This document shows positions 1 to 10,594 of a stretch of 55,557 bases of DNA, one piece after another. Below the pieces are notes generated by a model, which was not told where the DNA came from, did no database searches, and saw nothing but the letters and a program-made list of their open reading frames with translations. How positions within the stretch are numbered: position 1 is the first letter of the stretch; every line of letters begins with the position of its first letter. The stretch is from Welwitschia mirabilis (taxonomy: Eukaryota): positions 46,056,356 to 46,111,912 of the forward strand of contig JBOZIK010000001.1 in the NCBI GenBank assembly GCA_051453625.1, read 5' to 3'. A program made the translations under genes and the position numbers.

Positions 1-1096
1 CCCTAGAAGGGGGTGAATAGTACTTTTGAAAAAAATTAAACAATTATTATTACCAAAGGAAATTATGCATAAAAAGATATAACAAAATGAAATCAAAAAG
101 TAGAACCAAAATAAATGCACAAGACAAGATTTATAGTGGTTTGGGAAACACTTTATTGATAGTCAATAACCAAGACTATTCAAGGCTAATCTTCAACCTT
201 ACAAAGCAGACTTTTCCAGGCTAAGTCTCAACCTTCATAAACACACTTTTACAGGCTAAGACTTAACCTATTTAAATGGACTTTTATAGGCTAAGTATCT
301 ACCTTTAGAAAATGCATAATGTTATGCTCTATATCACTCAAGTAAAGAAACTAATAATGGAGCATTACTATTCATATTTGGTACAAAGGTAAGTGTTGAG
401 TGAGAGAAGAATAATAGTAAAAAGATATACCCTTTAGATTAAGAGTTTAACAATCCTTTTCAAAAATACATTCCCATATTTTACTCTATAGGTTTTTAAG
501 TGTTGCCTATTATTTATAGATTTCTCCAAAATATAATCATTTGGATAGTTGAAAAGAATCTAATATGTGCAATGGATAGATTTGATGAAGTAATGGTTAG
601 AAAATCACTTTAAAATTTCCGCTTTTGTGCTGATCAATTAACCCCTTGAAACATCTGGTTGATCCGAGGATCTGATCTCCCTTACAAAAATGTTAGGTCA
701 TCCTTTCTTAGCTTAGATTTGATATTCTGCTTGTTAGGTCACCCTTACAAAAATGTTAGGTAGCTCTTATTCGTCCGGTCACCCTTACAAAAATGTTAGG
801 TAGTCCTTACAAGTCCAGTTACCCTTATAAAAATATTAGATCACTCTTACTTGACTCAGATTTGACATTCTGCTTATTAGGTCACCCTTATAGAAATGTT
901 AGGTAGCCCTTATAGGATTGGTCATCCTTACAGAAATGTTAGGTCATCCTTACATGAAGTAGCCTTAATTAGAACATGTTCAAATCTTACTATCTTTTGT
1001 ATATAGATCCTATAGTTTCTTGCATTTGTAAAATCACATTTCATTTTACAAAGGTTATATTAGTTTAACATCAATTAGTAAAATAAAATCCTAATA
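1..1096 (-). mobile_element. LTR of a second Sirevirus family (family B), cut by the window edge and nested in the 3' LTR of Sirevirus A
   Basis: Starts with CCTAGAAGGGGGTGAATAG, the reverse complement of the conserved Sirevirus LTR-end motif CTATTCACCCCC..CTAGG. Its right end (AGTTTAACATCAATTAGTAAAATAAAATCCTAATA) resembles the end of the LTR at 8116-8148, not the Sirevirus A LTR. Confidence 0.75.
677..955. repeat. Degenerate tandem array of short motifs inside the family B LTR
   Basis: Repeated CCCTTACAAAAATGTTAGGT(C/A) units near 680, 742, 782, 822, 885 and 926, plus a higher-order repeat of AGATTTGA(T/C)ATTCTGCTT(G/A)TTAGGTCACCCTTA at ~715 and ~858. Confidence 0.85.
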
Positions 1097-1273
1097 GAAT
1101 CTAAATTCCTGATGTGCTAACTTAGACATCCTGATTGGATTCTCTTGAAATGATATTTGTTCAGGCTCCTGCTTTTGATTTTTCACTTGAACTTTGAATT
1201 CATGAGGCATTAGGAAACTTCCATTCATTTTTGGTGATTACATCATCATCATTAAAACTACTTTTCTTTAATA
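1097..1273 (-). repeat. Remaining proximal part of the 3' LTR of Sirevirus A
   Basis: Aligns by eye (~80%) with 10420-10594: ATGTGCTAACTTAGA...CATCATCATCATT(A/G)AAACTACTTTT...AA(T/C)A. Confidence 0.85.
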
Positions 1274-1298
1274 ATCTTCCCCTTTTCAATGATGACAA
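1274..1298 (-). promoter_or_regulatory. Polypurine tract of Sirevirus A
   Basis: Minus strand TTGTCATCATTGAAAAGGGGAAGAT abuts the LTR and matches the Sirevirus TTGTCATCATCAAAAAGGGGGAGAT pattern. Further PPT-like tracts lie at ~1353-1363 and ~1630-1658. Confidence 0.85.
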
Positions 1299-1858
1299 CC
1301 TTTTCTCTAATAATTTAATCTTAATGAAGCATGATAGATTGATTAACTAGTTGTTCCCCCTAAATTTGTAATCCCTGTTGCACACATTAAGCTCAAGATG
1401 AGATGGTTTAGACACTATCTCCTTATTTCATTAGATCAAGATAAATATTATTAAATTAAGCAAGCTTAGTATAAAACAAAATTAGATCCTTTAAGAAGTT
1501 AAATTATCATGAATTAAAATAGATAATGGACTATTTGAAGTAACATATATAACATAAAAAGTTCAAAATACTAATTGAATAGACATATTTATATGTTATT
1601 AAATAAGGTTAAATTATTTTATCATTTATCTTTTGTCCCTCTTTGTTATCACTAAAAGTAAAAACATGTAGTAGAAAAAGACAAGAGTTTGGACATAGAA
1701 AGTGTTTTTGTATTATATTATTGATAATACAAAAATTATAAGTACAATGAAGAGTACAAAAGTTTGGGAAGAGAGAGGAGGGGATACAAAAAATAAATAA
1801 GAAGAAGAGAGAAGAACTAATCAGAAGAGTTCTCCAAATGAAATTGATGTTGACCATC

Positions 1859-2900
1859 TTATTCTTCCTGTAATCTTAAAGGAATTTCCAAATCATAAGC
1901 AAGTAATTAAGAAACAACACATTCCATGTTTCTATTAATCCTCTCTAATTTATTCTTTTCCTATAAAGCCATATTTCTAGTTTGTTTTGCCATATATTTA
2001 ACTTCTAAAATGGCCTTCATAAGATCTTCATTTAAAACTGGACCATATTAAGTACTTATACCTTCTTCTACACATGCTTGTTTTATTAGTGGAGTAATTT
2101 TATTTTTATGAATATTTTCATTTTCTTTAATGAATATAGACCAAGAGGCTTTGAAATTTTAACCAACTCTTCATATTTGTGAACTATAAACTAATGATTT
2201 TCCAAAAGAGCAGTTATCAAACCTCTAAAAGGAAAACTTAAGTATCTAGCAATGAAGAACTAACTAATGTAAAACATGATGAATTTACAGAGTTTTATGT
2301 AGATATTAGTGTGAAGGAAAAATAAAATATATGCATACAAGGACAATATATAATTCTTGTGATCTGATTTCAGAACCAAATTATGTGTGAAAATCTGAAA
2401 TAGTACTCTATATAGTGGTTTTAGCTTATTGGTAGGTAGACTAGGATGCCAAACAATATCTCTACAATAGAGTTCTTGAGTAAGCACTTCTATAAATATA
2501 AACCCTCTAATAGAATTGATTGACAAAATTTCATGATAGAGACTATCATTTGAAAAGTTGGTAAGTAAGAAGATTTATTCCAAGTTTATGTTTATATCTC
2601 TCTCAAAAACTTTAGATCTAATCAGCCATTCTTCAAAAATTAAATGAACCATTACAATAGAAGAGTCTTATTAGCTGCTTTGGTATTTGGATCTAGTGCA
2701 TACTATTATCTTTGATCAATGGAAAGATGATCAATCTTAACTTTCCTTCTAAAAGAATAAAAGTTAATTTTGCATTCTCGAGCTATAGGTCACTTGGAAA
2801 AACCACTAATGCACTACTTGTAGTGATCGAAATAAATGAATTATTCTAATTTTGAAGTAGGCTCTTTTCCTTTTCTAGAAGCTAGCTTAGAATGAATCAT
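1859..2900 (-). pseudogene. Sirevirus env-like extra ORF, disrupted
   Basis: Lies between pol and the PPT, same sense as pol. Starts MIHSKLASRKGKEPTSK, includes ORF 2260-2526 (LFQIFTHNLVLKSDHK) and YLSFPFRGLITALLE, ends DLEIPLRLQEE*. Contains stops and frameshifts. Confidence 0.7.
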
Positions 2901-3289
2901 ATGGAAGATTCAAATGAACTCATAAGAAAGAAACAAATTGGAGAAATGAAGAAGAGAGTACAATTAAAAAAAAAATTAAAAATGAGCTTTAAAAGAGTTT
3001 TTAAAGTAGATAGATGAAATTAAGGGTGTCTGTAGTTCCAATAACCTAGACATCTGAGATAGCGAATCGAGATGTCTAGTTTTTTTAAAATTTAACTTTA
3101 TCCAACAAGGAAGACATAGTATAATAAATAGTAACAAGATGTCCTAGTTATAAAGAATTAACAATTCAAAAAATTTTTATGGTTGGATGTCCAAGAAAAT
3201 GAAGTGCAACATCTGAGATTAAATATCACAAGTTTAGCTTAGCAAGAAAATGGTGAAATTTATTAATGATTGGGGCAAACTGAAACACT

Positions 3290-6200
3290 TAAGTCTTTTC
3301 TAAGAGTTGTGAATCTTTCTTCAAATAGATTTTTTATCATAATGTTAGTATTTAATTTTTAGTCCTAATATGTTCAAGATTGATGATATGATTCTAAACT
3401 TATTCTTGAATAAAGTGGTATCTTATGTCTATATATTTAGTATGTAAGTGTGGGAGTGGATTTTTAGTTATGTTTGTAGCACAAGTATTTTCACAGTAGA
3501 GTTTGATATAATCTAATCTGACTCTAAAGTCATTTAACATTTGCTTCATCCATATAAGTTGAGCATAACAAGCTCCTACCATAATGTAAGTTTTTGAATT
3601 TGATAGAGAGGTAGATTTTTATTTTCAATAAAGCCAAGATACTAAGCANNNNNNNNNNTACAAACTATCCAGTTGGCATCACTATACCCAAATAATTCTA
3701 TGGAGGTACCAAAAGGATACCAAAGACCATATTATTCTATTTTTCAGGTATCTTAGAATCATTTTTGTATAGGTCAAATGAGATTCCTTTGGATTAACTT
3801 GATAACAAGCATAGAATCCTACACTATGTGCTATATTAGGCCTACTAGCTATGACATATAAGAGACTATCGATAATTCTTTGATATAGCTTCTGATCTAT
3901 TTCCTTCCCATTGTCATCTTTCCATATTTTAATGTTTGTATAGAGTAGGGCTTTAGTGTCTTTGATATTATTCATCTCATATCTCTTTAGCATTTTTTGA
4001 ATGTATTTAGTTTGACTTACAAAGATTCTATCTTCTAATTGTTTAACTTGAAGTCCATGAAAGAACTTTAACTCACCCATGAAACTCATTTCAAATTCAC
4101 ATTTCATGCGTTTTCTAGACTTAATCACTAGATCATCCTTGGTAGATTTAAAAACAATGTCATCTACATATATTTGGACTATAAGTATATAGTTTTCTTC
4201 TTTTTTAATGAATAAAGTTGAATTAACATTTTTTTTGAAAATCCATTGGTTACTAAGAAGGAGTTTGGTCTCTTAAATCAAGCACATGGAGCTTGTTTAA
4301 GTCCACATAAATTCTTATTGAGTTTGTAAACATGATTTGGAAATTTTGAGTTAACAAACCTAGGTCGTTGAGTCACATAAACTTTCTCTATGATGAAACC
4401 ATTTAAAAATTCACTTTTAACATCTATTTAGTATAGTATTATCTAATAGCATTCTAATGGCTTTAAGTCTAACTACAAGGGCAAAAGTTTTTCCATAGTC
4501 TATCCCTTCTTGTTGACTATATCCTTAAGCAATTAGTCTTTCTTTATTTTGAATAACATTGTGATTTTCATCCTTTTTATTTTTAAAAATCTATTTTGTT
4601 CTAATTATGTGTTTACATTCAAATTGGTTTAGCTCTTATTGCATGAACACCATCTAATATTCGTCTTGTTTAGCTTCCTAGAAGGTCTATGGCTCCAATG
4701 TAGAGAGAAAACATGAAAAACTACTACTTACAGTCTTCTCGCTTTTTGTTGTTGTTCCTTGATCTAGATTACTTATGATATTTTCTTGAGGATGATCTCT
4801 TTTTTGTTCTTAAGAGTAGGGTAGTATGTTTCTAAACTTGACTCTTTTCACTTATGAAAGAATCATTGCTAATTTTGGATTTGATAGGTTTAACGAGAAT
4901 AGTATCTTTAATATAATTAAATGCTAGTTTAATGTTATAATCATGATCAATCTTAGAATGAATTGTTTCTTTAATTCCATAAGAGACTTTATTATAAATC
5001 CTACAGGCCTTGCTTATCATAGAATATTCTAAAAATATGCCTTCATTAGCTTTAGACTTAAACTTTCTATTTTCTTTTTTGTCCTTGAGAATTAAGCATT
5101 TGCTTCTAATCACTTTAAAGTAACTTATGATAGGTTTCCTTCCATTCCATAGCTCATAAGACACTTTATCTGTGTTTGGTCTTAAAAAGAATATATTGCT
5201 AATGTAACAAGAAATATTAACTACTTTTGCTCAAAAANNNNNNNNNNNNNNNNNNNNNNNNNNNNNTTTATCATGTTCTTCTATTAAAACTTTCTTTTTC
5301 CTTTTAACATTTTATTGAGGGGTTCTTGAAGTTGAGAGTTGATAAGATGTGCTATGTGAGTCATAAAAGCTCTTAAATATTTCATTAACAAACTCACCTC
5401 CTCTATCTAATTGAATAGACTTAATGATGTATCCTTTCTTATTTTGAATTTTCTTACATATCTTAATGAATGCATTAAATGCTTTGACCTTATTGAATAA
5501 GAAAAGGAACTAATAGTAATGGGATAAATTGTCAATCATTACTAAAAAGTATATTTTACCTCTAATTTTTTTTAGTTTGAATACATCCAACTAGATCCAT
5601 ATGAATTAGATCTAGTGGTCTTGAAGTGAGTTTTGGTTATTTTTCTTTTAATACATAACTTACACATCTTCATTTGATCCATGTTGAGATTGAAAACACC
5701 TTTTATAATCAATTTTGAAGTGATATTGGTTAGATCCTTAAGTTTTGTATGACTCAGTCTCTTATGCTAGAGATTAATATCATCATCTTTGGCAAAGTAG
5801 CAACTATTACCTAACTTGATATTGTTCTTTTCAATAACATACATGGATCATGGTCTACTAGTAGTGAGCACAACTTTTATGGTGATAGCATTCCTAATAA
5901 TATATTTATCTTGATAAAATAATATAATATTACCTCTATTACATGTTTGGAATATACTTAATAGATTGCGTTTTAGGCCATTAATAAGTACACATCATGA
6001 CTAGTTAAATGATCATCATTAGCAGTTATAATACCCTTTCCAACAATGAATTCCTTACTATTATCACTAAAAGCCACTTCCCCTTCATTATACTCTTGAA
6101 AGAATGAAAGTAGGTTTTTGTCTCCTATCATATGCCTAGAACATTCATCATCTAGATATCACCTAGCTCATTCATGGACTTTAAATTCTACATGAGCAAA

Positions 6201-6538
6201 GAGGAAGGGTAACTTCTTTCTAACCCATTATGATTTGACATGCTAATTTTAAAAGGATTAAGGTTTTCTTTGATAAATCTAAAACCATAGTTTATACTAA
6301 AGTATAGTGATTTCTTATAAGAAAAGGTGAATTAAATGTATCGATGTTTATTGCAAAAGTAACACTTAAGACTAGTTTTGACAAAGGTTTCATATTTTGT
6401 GCTAGGATCAAAATTTTGTAAAATAGGAGAACTTGTCTTATTATAGTCAATTCCTGACTTACTTCATGGATTNNNNNNNNNNTATGTCCCAATCCCAATA
6501 ATTTGTTTAACTTGTCATTTCCTCTAGTTAAATGAGTT
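3290..6538 (-). pseudogene. pol: Copia pol (protease, integrase, RT, RNase H) plus end of gag, Sirevirus A
   Basis: Protease *YLDDECSRHMIGD at ~6120-6160 (cf. WYLDSGCSRHMTG); integrase end YELWNGRKPIISYFKV (ORF 4832-5164); RT FEMSFMGELKFFHGLQVKQ (ORF 3682-4128); RNase H HTKYIDIRYHFI (ORF 3400-3582). Confidence 0.93.
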
Positions 6539-6543
6539 GATAT

Positions 6544-8148
6544 TGTGAGATCGAGAATCCTAGAGGAGGGGATGAATAGGTTTTTAAAAAATATTTGAAT
6601 AACTTCACAATATTAACTTGCTTAAAATGAATCACTAAAACTTTATGCAAGAAAACTAAAACTTTTCTGAAAAAACAATAGAAAGTACAAAAATACTAAT
6701 TAGAAGCATACAAGATTTATAGTAGTTTGGTAAAATCCCCTACTCCACTCTCGACGAACAGCTTCTATCCAAGCCTAATTGGATCTTTATTAATCTCTTT
6801 TAAGTATTATAGATTCACCTATAACCTTTACAAACATACTTGTTCTAAAGGCTTAATCTCAACTTTTTTTCAAGAAAGCATAACGGTAATGATAGTATGC
6901 CCACATGCATAGGTATTACTTAATATTTGGTTCAATGAAAGTACTAAAGCACTTCCACTAATAATGATACAATCTAAAAATAAAGAATGTTATAGATCTA
7001 ACCTTGTATGTAAAGATACCATAGTTCTTGATTCATCTTTAGTTAAGAATGCAATGCAAAATGAGTAAAATAATAAATCCATAAGATTTAAAAGTTTGAC
7101 AAAACATATAATAGTAATTTGATTCTTGGCTATATATAGTGGAAGACTTTTAGGGTTTTTTACAAGTAAAAAAGTTCTTCCAATGGCCATAAGACGAATA
7201 CCTAATAACTATAAAATTTGCATTTCTAACATGATCAGTTGATCCCTTAGATATCCAGTCGACCCCTCTTAGTACCATTACTTAAATTAGTTACCCTTGT
7301 ATTCTTTTCAGTTAATCTAGTTTCTTATGACTCCACATATGGTTGATACTTCAAGGTCTGATAAACTACTTATTTGATTGCCTACATATCTATCCATTTT
7401 TCCACTTGATCCAAATAAAATCCATCACTGTTTTTATGCTCTAAGTCTAGTCGACTTCTCAAAAATTTGGTTAATCACTTATTTATTGGTTATGAAGTAT
7501 TGATGCTTAGTTGCATAGGTCTGGTCGATCCCTCAGATGTTCAGTCGACCCCTTAACAATTGGCTAGGAAGTATCAGGTGCATGGTACTTAGGTTTAGTC
7601 AACTCCTAAGATGTTTGATCGGCCCCTTGATGATTGGTTTAGAAGTACTAGTGAATAATGCTCAGGTTTAGTCGATCCCTCAGATATCTAGTTGACTACT
7701 TGGTGATCAATTTAAAAGTATTAGTGCTTAGGTTCATAAGTCTAGTTAATCCCTTAAATGTCTGGTCATTCCTTCTAAAATTATTTTACTTCTATGTGTC
7801 TTCTTTAGATGTGGTCGACTCCTTAGAATCTCAGTTGACCCATTAATAGGGTAATAAAACTTAATAGATTTCAGAATCAAAATCTGGCAAATATTGCTTT
7901 AGCTTCTGACCTATAAGTCATCNNNNNNNNNNNNNNNNNNNNNNNNNNNNNNNNNNNNNNNNNNNNNNNNNNNNNNNNNNNNNNNNNNNNNNNNNNNNNN
8001 NNNNNNNNNNNNNNNNNNNNNNAAAATCTGGCAAATATTGCTTTAGCTTCTGACCTATAAGTCATCAATATTTTCTACATAAGATACAACAAATTTCATT
8101 ACATAGAAAAAATCAGTTTAACATTAATTGGTAAATAATAATTCAACA
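6544..8148 (-). mobile_element. Apparent solo LTR of Sirevirus family B inserted in the gag of element A
   Basis: TG...CA termini (TGTGAGA...TTCAACA), Sirevirus end motif CCTAGAGGAGGGGATGAATAGG, and flanks GATAT/GCTAT (4/5 TSD match). Removing it restores the host frame. It contains a 100-N gap. Confidence 0.85.
7230..7845. repeat. Degenerate repeated motifs in the solo LTR
   Basis: Many variants of (A/G)GTCGA(T/C)CCCTCAGATGT(T/C)CAGTCGACCCCT at ~7235, 7520, 7595, 7670, 7741 and 7812, with CG mostly eroded to TG/CA. Confidence 0.8.
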
Positions 8149-9466
8149 GCTATAACTTTAGTGTCTTGAAGTTCAAGGATTAAAAAACTAATTTTTAAGT
8201 TAACTTCTTTCAAGTTACTTTCTAAGTTATCAATTGCTTTTTTTGGTATGAAGCATTTTTCTTTCTTAGATTTAAGCTAAAAGATACAATTTCTCATAAG
8301 GATCAAAGATTTTATCAACATCTAGATCATCATAAGTAAAAAAGATATTTTCAAAAAAATCATGTCTATAGCTAGAAGCAACATCTATATTTAATTGACT
8401 AGAAGGGACAGATGTACATACCTCTTTTATTATAGTAATAAGCTCAAATTTTACCATGTCATCCTCATCACTTGAGTTAACTTGTTTTTCATCTGATTCA
8501 TTTCATATAGTCTTGAACACTTTCTTTTTCTTGTCTCTTTTGTCTTTATTATTGTTTGCATAATCTACAGTTACATGACCAAAGAATTTACATTTATAGC
8601 ATTGAATAGATTAAAAAGATTTCTTACTTTTTTCCCTTTTACCTTTTAATGGACTTTTGGAGTATTTTAAATTTTTCTTCTTACATAAGAACTACTTGAC
8701 ATTCTTAATGAGGAGATCTAGATATTCACTAAAGTTGTCTTTACTTGAACTACTATCATTTGAATCTTCATTTGTCTTTAATATAATGCTATTTTGTTCT
8801 TTAATTTCTTTGTTTGAAATAAGACTCTCTTCATAGGCCATCAAAGATCCTTTCAATTCCTTCACCTTCATCCTATCTATGTCCTTTCTTTCTTTAATTA
8901 TTATTACATTATGTCTAAAATTCAGAGTAATACTTTCTAGAATTTTCCTTACCACTCAATTTTTAGGTATTCTTTCACTTAATTCCTACATGTTTTTGAT
9001 AATGTTGCTGATCTTAGTAGTATATTCCACTACCAATTCTGATTCTTCCATCTTGATATTTTCAAATTTGGTGGTGAGAAGCTAGAGCTTTGAATTATTT
9101 ATAATATTTATTCCTTCATGTGCCACTTTTAGAATTTCCCACATTTCTTTGGTACTAGTACATTATATTATTCTGTCATACTCCTCAGTTAATAAGGCAT
9201 AAATTATAGCATTCATATCCTTCACATTATTTTAGATTAGTCTTTTGTCATCTTTATACCATTCAACTCTAGGTTTTAGAGTTATTCCTTCATTTGTATC
9301 AATCTTTGTAGGTGATTGGTATCCAAACTCTACAAAATTCTAAATGTTTGTATGGAGGGATGTTAAAAAAAAAGCTTATCTTGGACTTCTAATGGATGTA
9401 GTAATTTCCATTAAAGAAGGGTGGTCTAGATATTGCATGACCTTTTGAGTGGCTTGAGGATGCCAT
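8149..9466 (-). pseudogene. gag: Copia gag of Sirevirus A
   Basis: Start MASSSHSKGHAISRPPFFNGNYY; UBN2-like VRKILESIT...KELKGSLMAYE (ORF 8692-8955); zinc knuckle IQCYKCKFFGHVTVDY at ~8560-8607. Confidence 0.9.
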
Positions 9467-9515
9467 AAATACACTTGAAAAAAAACACATAAATACACTA
9501 ATCTAGAGAAATCAA

Positions 9516-9527
9516 GCTCTGATACTA
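9516..9527 (-). promoter_or_regulatory. tRNA-Met(i) primer binding site of Sirevirus A
   Basis: Minus strand TAGTATCAGAGC, one mismatch from TGGTATCAGAGC, 2 nt from the LTR end. Confidence 0.9.
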
Positions 9528-9529
9528 AT

Positions 9530-10594
9530 TGTTAAAATGGATTGGCATCTTAGAGGGGAGGAGGAGGGTGAATGGGGTGAATTACCAAAAATAAAGACTT
9601 AATTTCAAGAAGCTAAAAACTAAAATTTTCTTAAGAAAATAAATTAAAAATAATTGAAATAAGAACACAATGAAATGAACTCAAAAAGCAGAAAGAGTGC
9701 ACCATAGATTTGTAGTAGTTCAGTAATCTTTACTTACTCCACTCTTAGTGGATAACAATGTGCTCTTAGCCTTCTTGTTCTCTTAGAAAATCCTTCTTCA
9801 AGGAAGCTAATAACACCCTTCACCAAGGGTTTCTTTATAATATCCTTCTCAAGGGTTAGATTGCTTAACTATTGAGCATTCACTAAGATTCAATCTAGTT
9901 GAAGGTATTAATGGATTGTATGCCTTTTATGCATAGTGCACTAGCTTTGTAGTACAATTAAATCCCTAGGGGAATGATACAAGTTAGGAGTAAAAATAGA
10001 GAGGGATAAATTTTTCTCTTCAAAAAATTATATCATAGATTAGGGCTATTTTATGAATAATGCAGGTTATTTTTTGAATAAGGCATAGGTCCTTTTGTAG
10101 GATCTTCTTTAAGACTAGCTATTTGAACCTTGAGAAGAGCGTAATGAGTTATCCTTAATCATGTGAGGAGTTTTCTTAGTCATTCCCTTTTTGAATGCCA
10201 CGTTTATGCAGTTTGGATAATAAAGTTTTACTTCAATGTTCACCCATCAAGATGTTTCCTTTAAATGATTTGGAAGTTCATATTTTTACTATAAGAAATT
10301 AAGTGGAATTTAGACATCCTAGCTTTACATGTTAGATGTTTCTATACATTTTAACTGACCTTTCCTTGGATGTCCTAGTTTGAGAGGGAAGACGTCTGCA
10401 TACATTAAACTTAAACTTTTCCTAAATGTCCAAATGTGCTAACTTAGATGTCCTAATTGGATTTTCTTGAAATGATATTCATTTAGGCTCTTACTTTTTT
10501 TTCCCACTTGAAATTCAAATTCATAGGACATTAGGAAACTTTCATTCATTCTTAGTAGTTGCATCATCATCATTGAAACTACTTTTTTTCAACA
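9530..10594 (-). repeat. 5' LTR of Sirevirus A
   Basis: TGTTAAAA...TTCAACA termini, adjacent PBS, and right end homologous to 1097-1273. Confidence 0.88.

Larger units (their letters stand above)
1097..10594 (-). mobile_element. Ty1/copia Sirevirus (SIRE lineage) element A, decayed; 3' LTR interrupted
   Basis: Minus-strand order is 5' LTR, Met PBS, gag, protease, integrase, RT, RNase H, env-like ORF, multiple PPTs, 3' LTR. Integrase before RT is the copia order. Confidence 0.9.

Noticed and set aside
677..955. CRISPR-like repeat/spacer appearance (also 7230-7845)
   Set aside because: Units are degenerate, the intervening sequences are mutually related, the arrays sit inside plant LTRs, and no cas genes are present.
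7879..8066. Perfect 44 bp direct repeat and ORF 7877-8068
   Set aside because: Identical sequence on both sides of a 100-N gap indicates an unmerged contig overlap.
1..10594. Treating 1-1273 and 6544-8148 as the LTR pair of one element
   Set aside because: No PBS is adjacent to 6544, that LTR has its own TSD, and the host gag continues beyond it to the real PBS at 9516.
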